DNA of 63,161 bases, filler included. It is 8 parts of 8 records of this genome, joined end to end, with 100 filler letters (N's around TTAATTAATTAA, not from the genome) between each part and the next. Parts side by side here need not be neighbours in the genome. Positions count along the whole stretch, not along the records: positions 44,412 to 51,354 come from SRR31156797_26299; positions 51,455 to 57,266 come from SRR31156797_26306; positions 57,367 to 63,161 come from SRR31156797_26399; 5 more parts are not named here. The stretch is one strand, 5' to 3'. Position 1 is the first letter of the stretch. The number at the start of each line of letters is the position of its first letter. The notes beneath the pieces were generated by a model. That model ran no database searches and had not been told where the DNA came from. It worked only from the letters and a program-made list of their open reading frames with translations. Positions 48,650 to 58,392 of the stretch are shown here, in pieces. Position numbers and translations under genes: made by a program.

Positions 48650-49564
48650 GTGGAAAATAAACTCTTTATAATTGTTATATTCTTATTCATATGTTCTTTT
48701 TTAGTTAGTGCTGAAGTTACGGTTGATTATATTGAAGGACTATTAGAGTTGAAGGAGGGTAGCAATTGGATAGAAGTAAATATTGGTGATGCTATTTCAG
48801 ACAATGCTATTCTTCACTTATCAGAGCAAGGATATGTTGAAATACTTGTAAGAGAATCTATAATATCATTAATTCGTGATGGAACATATAATGTATTAAC
48901 TTTAGCTCGCGAAAGTATTATTAACAGAGCTTCATCATTTGATCTGTTAAATAAGATTACACTAAATACTGGCCATGAGAAAATACAACATAAATTAGAG
49001 CCTGTAACCAGTGGTGTTATGGGAATTACATATAATGATTCTAATAGAGTGAAATATGATTATGTTGGTCAAGAATATCTTTTTGAAGGTATAGAAGAAT
49101 ACTCATCTGGAAACTTTGATATTGCATTATTGATTTTTTCGGAAGGATGGGAATTCTATGAAGACTATAACTGTCTTTTATTAAAAGCAATTTGCTTTGA
49201 TTCCCTTGGTATGAAGGGTGACTATATAAGGACTCTAAAAAAGATTGATATTGATTTATTATCAGAAAAGTATGCGATTATTTTTGGAATCCGCTTTAGT
49301 GAGATATTAATTAGATCTACGGAATATTCTGAAGCATTAGAAATCTTAAAAGAAATAGAATTAAATAATGAACAATCAAAAGGTAATATGATACAGATTC
49401 ATTTTTTAATTGGAATTGCATGCTTAGGAGTAGGGGAATTTGAGGATGCGAAAGCATCATTCCAGAAAGTAGAGAGCTTAGATCCTTCTTCTGTATATGG
49501 ATATGGAGAGCAAGCTAATCAATTAATCCTCGAAATCACTAATCAAAATAAACTTACCCAATAA
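48650..49564 (+). CDS. Secreted FecR-like/TPR hypothetical protein
   Basis: Signal peptide, beta-rich N-terminal part (VDYIEG...IGD) and C-terminal TPR-like helices. Confidence 0.75.
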   Translation: MENKLFIIVIFLFICSFLVSAEVTVDYIEGLLELKEGSNWIEVNIGDAISDNAILHLSEQGYVEILVRESIISLIRDGTYNVLTLARESIINRASSFDLLNKITLNTGHEKIQHKLEPVTSGVMGITYNDSNRVKYDYVGQEYLFEGIEEYSSGNFDIALLIFSEGWEFYEDYNCLLLKAICFDSLGMKGDYIRTLKKIDIDLLSEKYAIIFGIRFSEILIRSTEYSEALEILKEIELNNEQSKGNMIQIHFLIGIACLGVGEFEDAKASFQKVESLDPSSVYGYGEQANQLILEITNQNKLTQ

Positions 49565-49938
49565 CCTATATTTATTTTCATTTTTTTAGTTGAAATATTA
49601 TTGAATGTGTCTTCCTATAAGGTACTTTCTGTCGAGATCGTGATGGGAATCTATTAACCGCATTAACTCGTACTATTATTATATGAGTATAATATCAAAG
49701 TTCCGGCCTAATGCCCGGATAGTCCCTCGTTCTGAATTCTTCTCAGATCATTCAATGCAGTTCTCTGAAGCATATCCTGATAAGTTAAGGATTGTTTCAG
49801 GGAGGTCTTATATTGTCGTCATGAGTATCTTCAATAAATACGACTATGAAAAGTTCAATTTAATGCTTCAAGATTCATCTGACAATTCTTTTTTACACTT
49901 TACTACAAGTGCGTTCTTTTGGAGGATTTTAGGCTGAT

Positions 49939-49974
49939 ATATTGAGCGGGAAGCATTTTCTTCCCGCTCAATAT
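49939..49974. terminator. Perfect 15-bp inverted repeat, likely a terminator
   Basis: ATATTGAGCGGGAAG-CATTTT-CTTCCCGCTCAATAT directly after the stop at 49978. Confidence 0.7.
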
Positions 49975-49977
49975 TGA

Positions 49978-51117
49978 TTAGCGAAGCCATGGACTTAGAT
50001 CTTTAATTTCATATTTGGGATATTCACCTTTCAATGGATTGATTCTCTCAAGATATGTCTCAGCCCATTCCAACCATTGAGAAAAATCATCATCTGGCTC
50101 CCTGTTATTGGCAATATAGTGAGACTTAACGGCAGCAACATATTCCATCATATCTTTATGATAGAGCCATCTCTTAAATCCAGATTCAAGCTGAGTAACC
50201 CGTCCCTTATCCATTCGGGCCAATCTATCCTTTTCAGCCTGCTTCTTTTTCTGAATCTGCCATTCTTCCTCCCGCTTCTTCTTATGAGCTGCATATTCCT
50301 TTTTCCAGGCAGCACCACGTATAATCCGGTGCATAATATCAACGAGCTTATCTTCAATTTTCTTTGTCTTCCCATCTATCCATGATTTCCTCTCCTCCAT
50401 AGAGAATGAGTCAGTATTAATCTCAAGTTTCAACATCCCAGTTGGAACATACTCACTCCCACCAGAATAGTATTTACCAGGTTTTCGTTCATCTTCAGGT
50501 ACAAAAACCTTTTTTGATGATTCAGAAATCTTGATGGCAATATCTTCATCCATAATTCTGAAGCAAACACCATTCATTTCATCTACTATTATCCGAAACC
50601 CATAATGGAGGATGGCAGATGAAAGTGCTTGAAGGATTAAAGATGCTCTATCTAGACTATCCAATCCAATGCTGATATCAAAGGCACCTCCTTCAGAAAC
50701 TGATGTCCGGTTATAATCATTGCCGAATTGTTTCTTCATTTGTCGCTTAAACAACTTTCGAGTATTCCTTATATATGGATGAAGATCCTCCAGGTCATTG
50801 GAGTAGGGGACTTCTGTAACGGTTTGAATATATTTATCAGCTTCTTCAAAGGCTTCAGTTACTAAATGGACTTCCTGCTCTTTTACCTGATGTATTGAGA
50901 TTCTTGGTGCATTATCATATTTATACAGTTTAGGCGTTTGTGGTGCCTTTCCCGCTTCTTTCTTTGCCCAATATCCAACTGGAGGACGTGGTATTTGTAG
51001 CTTTTTACAAGTCTTTGCAAGAGCTACATCAGATACCCCATATCTCTTACAGACTTCTGTCATAGGAGATTCCCAAACCTCGTTATACAACTTTTCCCTG
51101 TTATAATATTCAGCCAT
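49978..51117 (-). CDS. Conserved hypothetical protein with N-terminal HTH, typical of mobile elements
   Basis: REKLYNEVW..PM..V...YGVSDVALAKTCKKLQIPRPPVGYWAK. Confidence 0.8.
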   Translation of the reverse strand: MAEYYNREKLYNEVWESPMTEVCKRYGVSDVALAKTCKKLQIPRPPVGYWAKKEAGKAPQTPKLYKYDNAPRISIHQVKEQEVHLVTEAFEEADKYIQTVTEVPYSNDLEDLHPYIRNTRKLFKRQMKKQFGNDYNRTSVSEGGAFDISIGLDSLDRASLILQALSSAILHYGFRIIVDEMNGVCFRIMDEDIAIKISESSKKVFVPEDERKPGKYYSGGSEYVPTGMLKLEINTDSFSMEERKSWIDGKTKKIEDKLVDIMHRIIRGAAWKKEYAAHKKKREEEWQIQKKKQAEKDRLARMDKGRVTQLESGFKRWLYHKDMMEYVAAVKSHYIANNREPDDDFSQWLEWAETYLERINPLKGEYPKYEIKDLSPWLR

Positions 51118-51354
51118 GACTTTTCACCTTTCGGTCCTCTAACCATTCTTCAAGATCTGATACATTGAACAGAATCCTACTTCCTATCTTAAAATGAGGA
51201 ATACGGGCTTCAGATGTGTACCTATATAAAGTAGCTTTTGAAAGATTTAAGTATTCTGAGGTTTCTTTGATAGTAAGTGATTTTTTCTTGTTTGGCTCAG
51301 GAATGGGACTTGGTAAAGGTGCTTGAATAACCGGATTGATTGGACCCAGTTTAC
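51110..51354 (-). CDS. Excisionase-like HTH_17 protein, 5' truncated
   Basis: Manual translation LTIKETSEYLNLSKATLYRYTSEARIPHFKIGSRILFNVSDLEEWL; overlaps the next start. Confidence 0.88.
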
Positions 51355-51454
51355 NNNNNNNNNNNNNNNNNNNNNNNNNNNNNNNNNNNNNNNNNNNNTT
51401 AATTAATTAANNNNNNNNNNNNNNNNNNNNNNNNNNNNNNNNNNNNNNNNNNNN
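51355..51454. other. Artificial contig linker
   Basis: N-run, TTAATTAATTAA, N-run. Confidence 0.98.
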
Positions 51455-51590
51455 ATATAAATATATTTATATATCATTTATATAGCACACACTGTTTTTT
51501 AACGTCCTTCAAAATCTTTTCACTTGCATTTTCGTCGAAGAACCTATAGAAGCACAGGCTTTTTTCCAAAAATCAGCAAAATCCACCAGG

Positions 51591-51628
51591 GCCATGGATC
51601 TTACCACAAGATCCATGGCTGTTTTTTT
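51591..51628 (+). promoter_or_regulatory. Terminator-like hairpin in the sulP leader
   Basis: GCCATGGATCTT-ACCAC-AAGATCCATGGC followed by TGTTTTTTT, 30 nt before the start codon. Confidence 0.6.
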
Positions 51629-51658
51629 GAACCATTATGAAAAGAGAACCAAAGATCC

Positions 51659-53269
51659 ATGTTTGAACTGATCAAGAAAAGAACGAGTAACGTGAAAAAC
51701 GACGTCACATCCGGAATCACCGTGGCACTGGCATTGGTACCCGAAGCTGTGGCATTTTCATTTGTCGCAGGAGTGGATCCCTTGGTGGGGTTGTATGCGG
51801 CCTTCATGGTGGGCCTTATCACCTCCCTCTTTGGCGGCCGTCCCGGAATGATTTCAGGTGCCACCGGGGCTCTGGCCGTAGTGATGGTATCCCTTGTAAA
51901 AGAGGGTAACGCCTTGGGTCTTGCCATGGCACAGCCTGTGGCGAACATGGGGCTGCAATATCTCTTTGCCACGGTGATCCTCATGGGCTGTATTCAAGTG
52001 ACGGCCGGTGCGCTCAAGCTCGGCAAATTCATCCGCCTCATCCCCCATCCGGTGATGCTCGGCTTTGTCAACGGCCTGGCCATCGTCATTTTCCTGTCCC
52101 AGCTGAACATGTTCAAGACCGTCGACGCCGGCGTCTCCCACTGGCTCCAGGGACCCGAGTTTATGACCATGGCAGGCCTGGTGGCCGCAACCATGGCCAT
52201 CATGATGATCCTACCCAAAATCACTCAAAAACTTCCAGCGGCACTCACGGCTATTTTGGTGATCACCGGTGTGACACTTTGGTTAGACCTGGATGTGGCC
52301 ACCGTGGGATCCTTTATCAGGGATGGCGGAGGAGAGGGGCTCAAGGGCGGACTTCCGGTATTCCAAACACAATTATTCACCATAATACCCTGGAATATGG
52401 AAACCCTGAAATTCATTCTTCCCTATGCCTTTATCCTGGCCGGCATCGGCATCATTGAATCACTGCTCACCCTGAACCTGCTGGATGAAATCACCGAAAC
52501 CCGTGGAAACAGTAACCGGGAGTGTGTGGCACAAGGCCTGTCCAACATCGTCACCGCCATGTTCGGGGGCATGGGAGGATGCGCCATGATCGGCCAGTCC
52601 ATCATCAACGTGAATTCCGGCGGCAGGGGAAGGCTTTCCGGTATCGTGGCGGCCCTGTCTCTCCTGGGTTTCATCCTATTCGGATCCGCTTACATCGAGC
52701 AGGTTCCCATTGCAGCCCTCACCGGCATCATGTTCATGGTGGTCATTGGCACCTTTGCATGGTCCAGCCTCCGGATCATCCACAAAATTCCCAAATCCGA
52801 CGCCCTGGTCCTGATCTCGGTATCGATCCTCACGGTGGTGTTTGACCTTGCTGTAGCTGTATTTATCGGGATCATCATGTCCGCCCTTGTTTTTTCCTGG
52901 GAAAATGCCCTGAGAATCCGGGCCCGAAAGAGAATCAAAGAGGACGGAACCAAGGTGTATGAAATCTGGGGTCCCCTGTTTTTCGGTTCCACCAAGATGT
53001 TCGTGTCCAAGTTTGATGTAAAAAACGACCCAGATAAGGTGGAAATCGATTTCATCGAATCCCGGGTTTCGGATTACTCGGGCATAGACGCCATTTCAGG
53101 GATTGTGAAAAAGTACGAAAAGGCAGGGAAAAGAATCCGTCTCAAACACCTGAGCACCGACTGTAAAAAACTTCTGAATAAAGCGGATAAAAAATACCGT
53201 TCCATCATCCTGGAAGATATCGCCGACCCCAGATATTACGTGGTGGCCAATCCCAACAGCTTTAATTAA
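51659..53269 (+). CDS. SulP/SLC26 anion permease with STAS domain
   Basis: ALVPEAVAF, GGRPGMISGATGA, GGCAMIGQS and GPLFFGS. Confidence 0.95.
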   Translation: MFELIKKRTSNVKNDVTSGITVALALVPEAVAFSFVAGVDPLVGLYAAFMVGLITSLFGGRPGMISGATGALAVVMVSLVKEGNALGLAMAQPVANMGLQYLFATVILMGCIQVTAGALKLGKFIRLIPHPVMLGFVNGLAIVIFLSQLNMFKTVDAGVSHWLQGPEFMTMAGLVAATMAIMMILPKITQKLPAALTAILVITGVTLWLDLDVATVGSFIRDGGGEGLKGGLPVFQTQLFTIIPWNMETLKFILPYAFILAGIGIIESLLTLNLLDEITETRGNSNRECVAQGLSNIVTAMFGGMGGCAMIGQSIINVNSGGRGRLSGIVAALSLLGFILFGSAYIEQVPIAALTGIMFMVVIGTFAWSSLRIIHKIPKSDALVLISVSILTVVFDLAVAVFIGIIMSALVFSWENALRIRARKRIKEDGTKVYEIWGPLFFGSTKMFVSKFDVKNDPDKVEIDFIESRVSDYSGIDAISGIVKKYEKAGKRIRLKHLSTDCKKLLNKADKKYRSIILEDIADPRYYVVANPNSFN

Positions 53270-53280
53270 TGCCAATAAAT

Positions 53281-53311
53281 AAAAGGTGGGGCCATGCACC
53301 CCACCTTTTTT
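53281..53311 (+). terminator. Intrinsic terminator after sulP
   Basis: AAAAGGTGGGG...CCCCACCTTTTTT. Confidence 0.85.
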
Positions 53312-53522
53312 CAAACCATATTTTTTAGCTGATTTCTAAAACCACGGTTTCCAATTATGATTCTGCTTTACAACTTGAGTTTAAGCTTATACTGATAATA
53401 TAATGGTTTTACACAAGAATGCGGGAGGGAACGCATAATAAGCTGATTTCGATCCGGATATGCAGGATTCCAATGGGAAAATCAACATACCATCACCTTT
53501 ATATGAGTAAGGAGATCAATAC

Positions 53523-53828
53523 ATGATAAACGTACTTGCCTCAATACACATTAAAGAAGGTCAATTGTCGGAGTTTATCGATATTTTCAAATCCAACATT
53601 CCAAACGTTCTTAAAGAAAAAGGATGTATAGAGTATGTGCCAACCATTGACCTCCCTACAGGGCTACCTCCCCAGAAGCTGAATGGCAATGTTGTCACGA
53701 TAATCGAGAAATGGGAGAGCTTAGAGGATCTCCAGGCACATCTTTCAGCACCCCATATGGTTGCATATCAAGAAAACGTCAAGGATCTTGTTGATAAATT
53801 GTCACTTAAGGTCCTCAAAGAAGCCTGA
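53523..53828 (+). CDS. Putative quinol monooxygenase (ABM/YgiN family)
   Basis: EKGCIEY and IIEKWESLEDLQAHLSAPHM. Confidence 0.9.
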   Translation: MINVLASIHIKEGQLSEFIDIFKSNIPNVLKEKGCIEYVPTIDLPTGLPPQKLNGNVVTIIEKWESLEDLQAHLSAPHMVAYQENVKDLVDKLSLKVLKEA

Positions 53829-53894
53829 CCTGGCGACAGTGGCTCCAGGCGCTATCGAACCTAAAGTTATCAGAGAATCAGTGGTAAAGGAAAA

Positions 53895-54392
53895 ATGATG
53901 ACAGAACAGATCAGGATCAGAACCGCCGGCAACCATGATGTGAACCTGCTTTCTAATATAATAAGTGCATCCCACAAGGACGTTGCACAAAAATTTCATC
54001 TTACAATTGACAACTGCCCCAAACATCCATCAAATTGTTCAAATGACTGGATAGAGAAGGATCTTAACAGAAATGTCAAATATTACATCCTCGACCGTCA
54101 TGACAAATCAATCGGCTGCATTGCCCTCGAACATGCAAATCCTGATGTTTGTTATATAGAGCGTCTTTCTGTTCTATATAAAAACAGGCATAATGGATTT
54201 GGTAAAAAGCTGGTAGATCATGCTATTGATGCCGCCAGGCAGTTGGATGTCAAAGAGATAAGCATTGGAATCATAGCAGAATTTACAAAATTAAAAAAAT
54301 GGTATCAAGTAATGGGATTTATCGAGGGGGAGATCAGGGAATTTGCGCACCTCCCTTTTCGAGTGTTGTTAATGACGTATAAATTGAAATAA
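53895..54392 (+). CDS. GNAT family acetyltransferase
   Basis: IERLSVL...RHNGFGKKLV and WY..MGF. Confidence 0.9.
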   Translation: MMTEQIRIRTAGNHDVNLLSNIISASHKDVAQKFHLTIDNCPKHPSNCSNDWIEKDLNRNVKYYILDRHDKSIGCIALEHANPDVCYIERLSVLYKNRHNGFGKKLVDHAIDAARQLDVKEISIGIIAEFTKLKKWYQVMGFIEGEIREFAHLPFRVLLMTYKLK

Positions 54393-54416
54393 ACAGCCAA
54401 TCGGGTCAAAAACTGA

Positions 54417-54493
54417 AATTGACCGGACGAACGCACCCGCTTCTGAATGACATCCCGCAAACCATTCAGAACCGGTGACCTGTCACGTTATAA
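54417..54493 (+). mobile_element. Degenerate attC-like site
   Basis: AATTGAC...GCACCCG, a TTCTGAATG/CATTCAGAA stem, then CCGGTGACCTGTCAC-GTTATAA (R' core). Confidence 0.5.
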
Positions 54494-54511
54494 TTCTTAT
54501 AAGGACACATA

Positions 54512-54922
54512 ATGAAAGAGTGCAGGGAATGTAAACACAAGGTAAGTGAGCAGGCAATGCACTGCCCTGGTTGCGGAGCCCCCTACCCTGCTAAAGGGGA
54601 ATGGGATGGATGGGGGATTGAATATAAATCAAAAACGTCTTTCCATGGCTGGCCGTTATTACATATATCCTTTAAGTATCGTTCCAATAGAGTACCGGTA
54701 CCTGCAAAAGGGATTATCGCAATTGGTCAATTTGCAATCGGATTAATTACCATTTCCCAATTCGGCATTGGGCTTTTTTGTTTATGCCAGTTTGCAATCG
54801 GCGCGTATGTATTGGCGCAATTTGCTCTTGCCTATTCATGCATTGCTCAAATCGGACTGTTTATCCACAATGGAACAGGACAGTTTGTCAGAAAACTAAG
54901 CGAACTCATAGCGGGTTTATAA
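54512..54922 (+). CDS. Zinc-ribbon hypothetical membrane protein, cassette-like
   Basis: CRECKH...CPGCGAP, GWPLLHI and AKGIIAIGQFAIG repeats. Confidence 0.8.
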   Translation: MKECRECKHKVSEQAMHCPGCGAPYPAKGEWDGWGIEYKSKTSFHGWPLLHISFKYRSNRVPVPAKGIIAIGQFAIGLITISQFGIGLFCLCQFAIGAYVLAQFALAYSCIAQIGLFIHNGTGQFVRKLSELIAGL

Positions 54923-55637
54923 CGTTTCGACCACATGAAGACTCAAGAAAGGAACTCACCAATCCAGTTTTGGGGGGACTTCTCAAACCCATTAATGGAA
55001 AAGCTGCAAATTGAATTTAAAAAGGCCCAAAGAAAGCTTTAAAAAACCGAATCTCCCTCTTTCAACCCAACCTTCGGCATCGTAACCTTAAAACTTGATT
55101 CATCTTACAATCCAGCCATTAAAAATGTCTTGACACGATATGTGATATATGGCCATTACTTAAAGTAAGCTTCAATTTCAAAAAGGCATTCGCAGCCTTG
55201 TTTCAATTTCGGTGCCCAATGGTTTCGGACACTCAAGAGAGTGACAACACAAAAACACTGTAAAATCAAAAAAAAGATGTTTTTCAATGTAATCGTTGTC
55301 ATTACCAGATCTCCATCACTGCAGGAACTCAATTTCACTCGACCAATTCACTATTTTCTAAATGGTTTCTTGCTATGTTTCTGATGACTCAATTTCTAAA
55401 TAAAATTCCCACTTTAAAATTCTCTCGGGAGATCGAAGCCTCTTACAATGCCTCTTAACGGTAAAAAGTATAACTGAAGCAAGTCATATTTTAGCGCGAT
55501 ACGTCTTACCACTCGGTTGGCCGGTATAGCCGTTAAACCCATAGCAAAGCCAGACCGGCTGATAACGTCATCGTACAAAGGGTGGTTATCATTTTTAATC
55601 CATGAATCTGAAAGCATCTTTTCAAGGGAGGGAATAA

Positions 55638-57266
55638 ATGACGGATAGTGCTTCCATGGTTAAATTCAAGATCTCTCTTTTTGCCATAGCTTTCTTTTTC
55701 TTTATATTATTATCCCTGACAGCTGCGTATAGTGCAGACCCCAAAAACCTATTCAAACTATCCCTTAACGAACTCATGCAGATACGTATCGACACAGGAA
55801 TGCTCACCGGTATTATTCGGTCCAAGGTTCCGGTTGCAAGAACCGTAATTACGGCAGATGATATCGCTGTCACCCCGGCCAGGTCTATCCTGGATCTTTT
55901 GGAGGTCTATGTTCCAGGTGCAACCTTTGTGAATCATTTTAGAGGTTCACGTTTCGGATTCAGGGGAATTTTGGGCGACCAGAATTTTCATTACCTGTTG
56001 TTGGTTAATGGCAAAAACATGAACTTAAAAGTACAAGACGGCCCCTTTGCCGAAATTTTTAACAAAGACCTTAGCGATATACAGAAAATAGAGATTATCC
56101 GAGGGCCGGGTTCTGTCACCTATGGTTCAGGCGCCATTGGAGGTGTTATAAACATCATTACCCATGATAGCAAATCCAGTAATGGATTTAAAATGGGGGT
56201 AGAACTGAACCACAGGTACAGATATCAGAATACCCATGCTTCATACGGAAAAGAGCTGCCCTCTGGCTTAAATTACTATTTATCAGGAAGTTTTAGCAAT
56301 TCAGACGGAGAAGAAGACACTCGCTGGTATTGGGTATCTAGAGAACATGGTTTTGGCTATGGGTATATGGATGAGAATTGGGGAGACATGGGGACAGGTA
56401 CCCCTGTGAATCATTATTATGGAGATGCCTCGGGTAAGCCCCAGATAAAACTCCATGCAGCATTGGAATATGAAGAGTGGTCCGGCTGGATGCGATACAC
56501 CAGCGGCAATATGTATGATATGATCATGATCCCCGGTTACAAGGAAGGGAGAGATTTCGATAGTCAAAAGTGGGATATATTTGCCATTGAATTTAAAAAT
56601 GCCCATGCAATTACAGACAGATGGAACCTTAAAACAGCGGTTGGATTTGATTCATTTTCATATAGGTGGCGTTCTGGAAAACAGTTAAATGATCCATCCC
56701 TGGATAAAATACTACAATATTATAATAATTATTCAGAAAATGAGTATAATATTCAATCCATACTTTCCTACACCCAAAACGACAGATTCAAGTATGCAGC
56801 AGGAATTGTTTATTCATATGAATACTATGCGCCTAAATGGGGTGAAGATGATGATCAGTTTCTAATGAGCATGAGACAACCTGTTGGCTTTGCCGTCCTT
56901 GATGAATCATCCGCGTTTTATCAGAAACATGGTCCGGAGACTGCAACAATCATTGACGCACCTCACCTGGAGACCTATTCTTTTCTCATGGAAGCCAATC
57001 TTAAATTTCATAAATACGCTCAACTGATTCTATCGGGAAGGGCAGATAAAAATGAATGGTCGACATGGGCCTATTCGCCCAGAATAGCATTTATTACAGA
57101 AATCACTGACCATGACATCTTGAAAACAGTCTGGCAACGATCCGTTCGTACTCCCAACATGGGAGAACTATATGTTGCTGAATATGGAAACACCGTTCAC
57201 CCAGAGCATGAAATATTGGAAAATTATGAAATAATGTGGGGTCATACAAAGGAGAACTTCTCCTGG
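55638..57266 (+). CDS. TonB-dependent receptor, 3' truncated
   Basis: LFKLSLNELM, plug motif KIEIIRGPGSVTYGSGAIGGVINIIT and barrel strands. Confidence 0.92.
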
Positions 57267-57366
57267 NNNNNNNNNNNNNNNNNNNNNNNNNNNNNNNNNN
57301 NNNNNNNNNNTTAATTAATTAANNNNNNNNNNNNNNNNNNNNNNNNNNNNNNNNNNNNNNNNNNNN
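57267..57366. other. Artificial contig linker
   Basis: N-run, TTAATTAATTAA, N-run. Confidence 0.98.
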
Positions 57367-58338
57367 GAGGACATCGCCCGGGTGGTCTCCACCTGGACGG
57401 GCATCCCCGTCAGCAAGATGATGAGCTCGGAGAAGGAGAAGTACCTGATCCTGGAAGAGACCCTGGAGAAGAGGGTGATCGGCCAGGACGCCGCCGTACA
57501 GGCCGTCTCCGATGCCATCAGGCGGAACAAGTCGGGCCTTTCCGATCTGGGACGGCCCCTGGGTTCGTTCATCTTTCTGGGCCCCACGGGCGTGGGGAAG
57601 ACCGAGCTGGCCAAGACCCTGGCCGACTTCCTGTTCAACGACGAAAAGGCCCTGACCCGCATCGATATGAGCGAGTATATGGAGAAGTTCGCCGTCTCCC
57701 GCCTGGTGGGGGCGCCTCCCGGATACGTGGGCTATGAAGAGGGGGGACAGCTGACCGAGGCCGTCCGCCGCCGGCCCTATTCGGTTGTCCTCTTTGATGA
57801 GATCGAGAAGGCCCATCCCGATGTCTTCAATATCCTGCTCCAGCTGCTGGACGACGGCAGGCTGACCGACAGCCAGGGGCGGGTGGTGGACTTCCGCAAC
57901 GCGATTATTATCATGACGAGTAATCTGGGAAGCGATATCATCCTGGAACGGGGCCCCGGGGACGAGACCAACGCCCTTTTGCGTGAGATGCTGAAGGGCA
58001 AGTTCAAGCCCGAGTTCCTCAACCGCATCGACGACATCATCACCTTCAACGCCCTGGGGCGGGAGCAGATCCGCGGTATCGTCCGCATCCTCGTGGAGGA
58101 GCTGACCGCCCGGCTGGAGGAGAAGAAAATGCACTTCGATATAGACGACGGGGCCCTGGACTATCTGGCGGAGGAGGGATTCGATCCCGCCTTCGGGGCC
58201 AGGCCCTTGAGACGGGCCATACAGAATCTGGTGCAGAATCCCCTGTCCAGGGAGCTGCTGGCAGGACATTTTTCAGAGGGGGATACGGTCTACTGCCGCA
58301 AGGGCGGAGAGGGGCTGGCATTCAGTTCTGCGATTTAA
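57367..58338 (+). CDS. clpB: ClpB chaperone, second AAA+ domain, 5' truncated
   Basis: [40 protein letters not shown] and GARPLRR. Confidence 0.93.
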   Translation, partial: EDIARVVSTWTGIPVSKMMSSEKEKYLILEETLEKRVIGQDAAVQAVSDAIRRNKSGLSDLGRPLGSFIFLGPTGVGKTELAKTLADFLFNDEKALTRIDMSEYMEKFAVSRLVGAPPGYVGYEEGGQLTEAVRRRPYSVVLFDEIEKAHPDVFNILLQLLDDGRLTDSQGRVVDFRNAIIIMTSNLGSDIILERGPGDETNALLREMLKGKFKPEFLNRIDDIITFNALGREQIRGIVRILVEELTARLEEKKMHFDIDDGALDYLAEEGFDPAFGARPLRRAIQNLVQNPLSRELLAGHFSEGDTVYCRKGGEGLAFSSAI

Positions 58339-58353
58339 TACGGACGGCGTATT

Positions 58354-58383
58354 GTCGGGGCTTTCGGGCTCCGGCTTTTTTTT
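58354..58383 (+). terminator. Intrinsic terminator after clpB
   Basis: GTCGGGGCT-TTCG-GGCTCCGGC followed by a T-run. Confidence 0.8.
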
Positions 58384-58392
58384 CAGGAAGAA

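Noticed and set aside
49683-49937. 84-aa ORF between the TPR gene and the inverted repeat
   Set aside because: No recognisable motif or clear RBS; cannot be supported as a gene.
54396-54406. Group IIC-attC intron end (CCAATCGGGT)
   Set aside because: Only about 8 nt match; no domain V/VI structure follows.
55180-55600. Cobalamin or c-di-GMP riboswitch upstream of the TonB-dependent receptor
   Set aside because: Isolated words (CACTGTAA, GCAAAGCC, AAGCCAGAC) and small hairpins are present, but not in the order or spacing of either family.
6734-57366. Seven recurring TTAATTAATTAA motifs within N-runs, as a biological repeat
   Set aside because: Identical 100-nt linkers with six-frame stops. 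Genes are cut and composition changes at each, so they are concatenation artefacts and no cross-linker gene associations were inferred.
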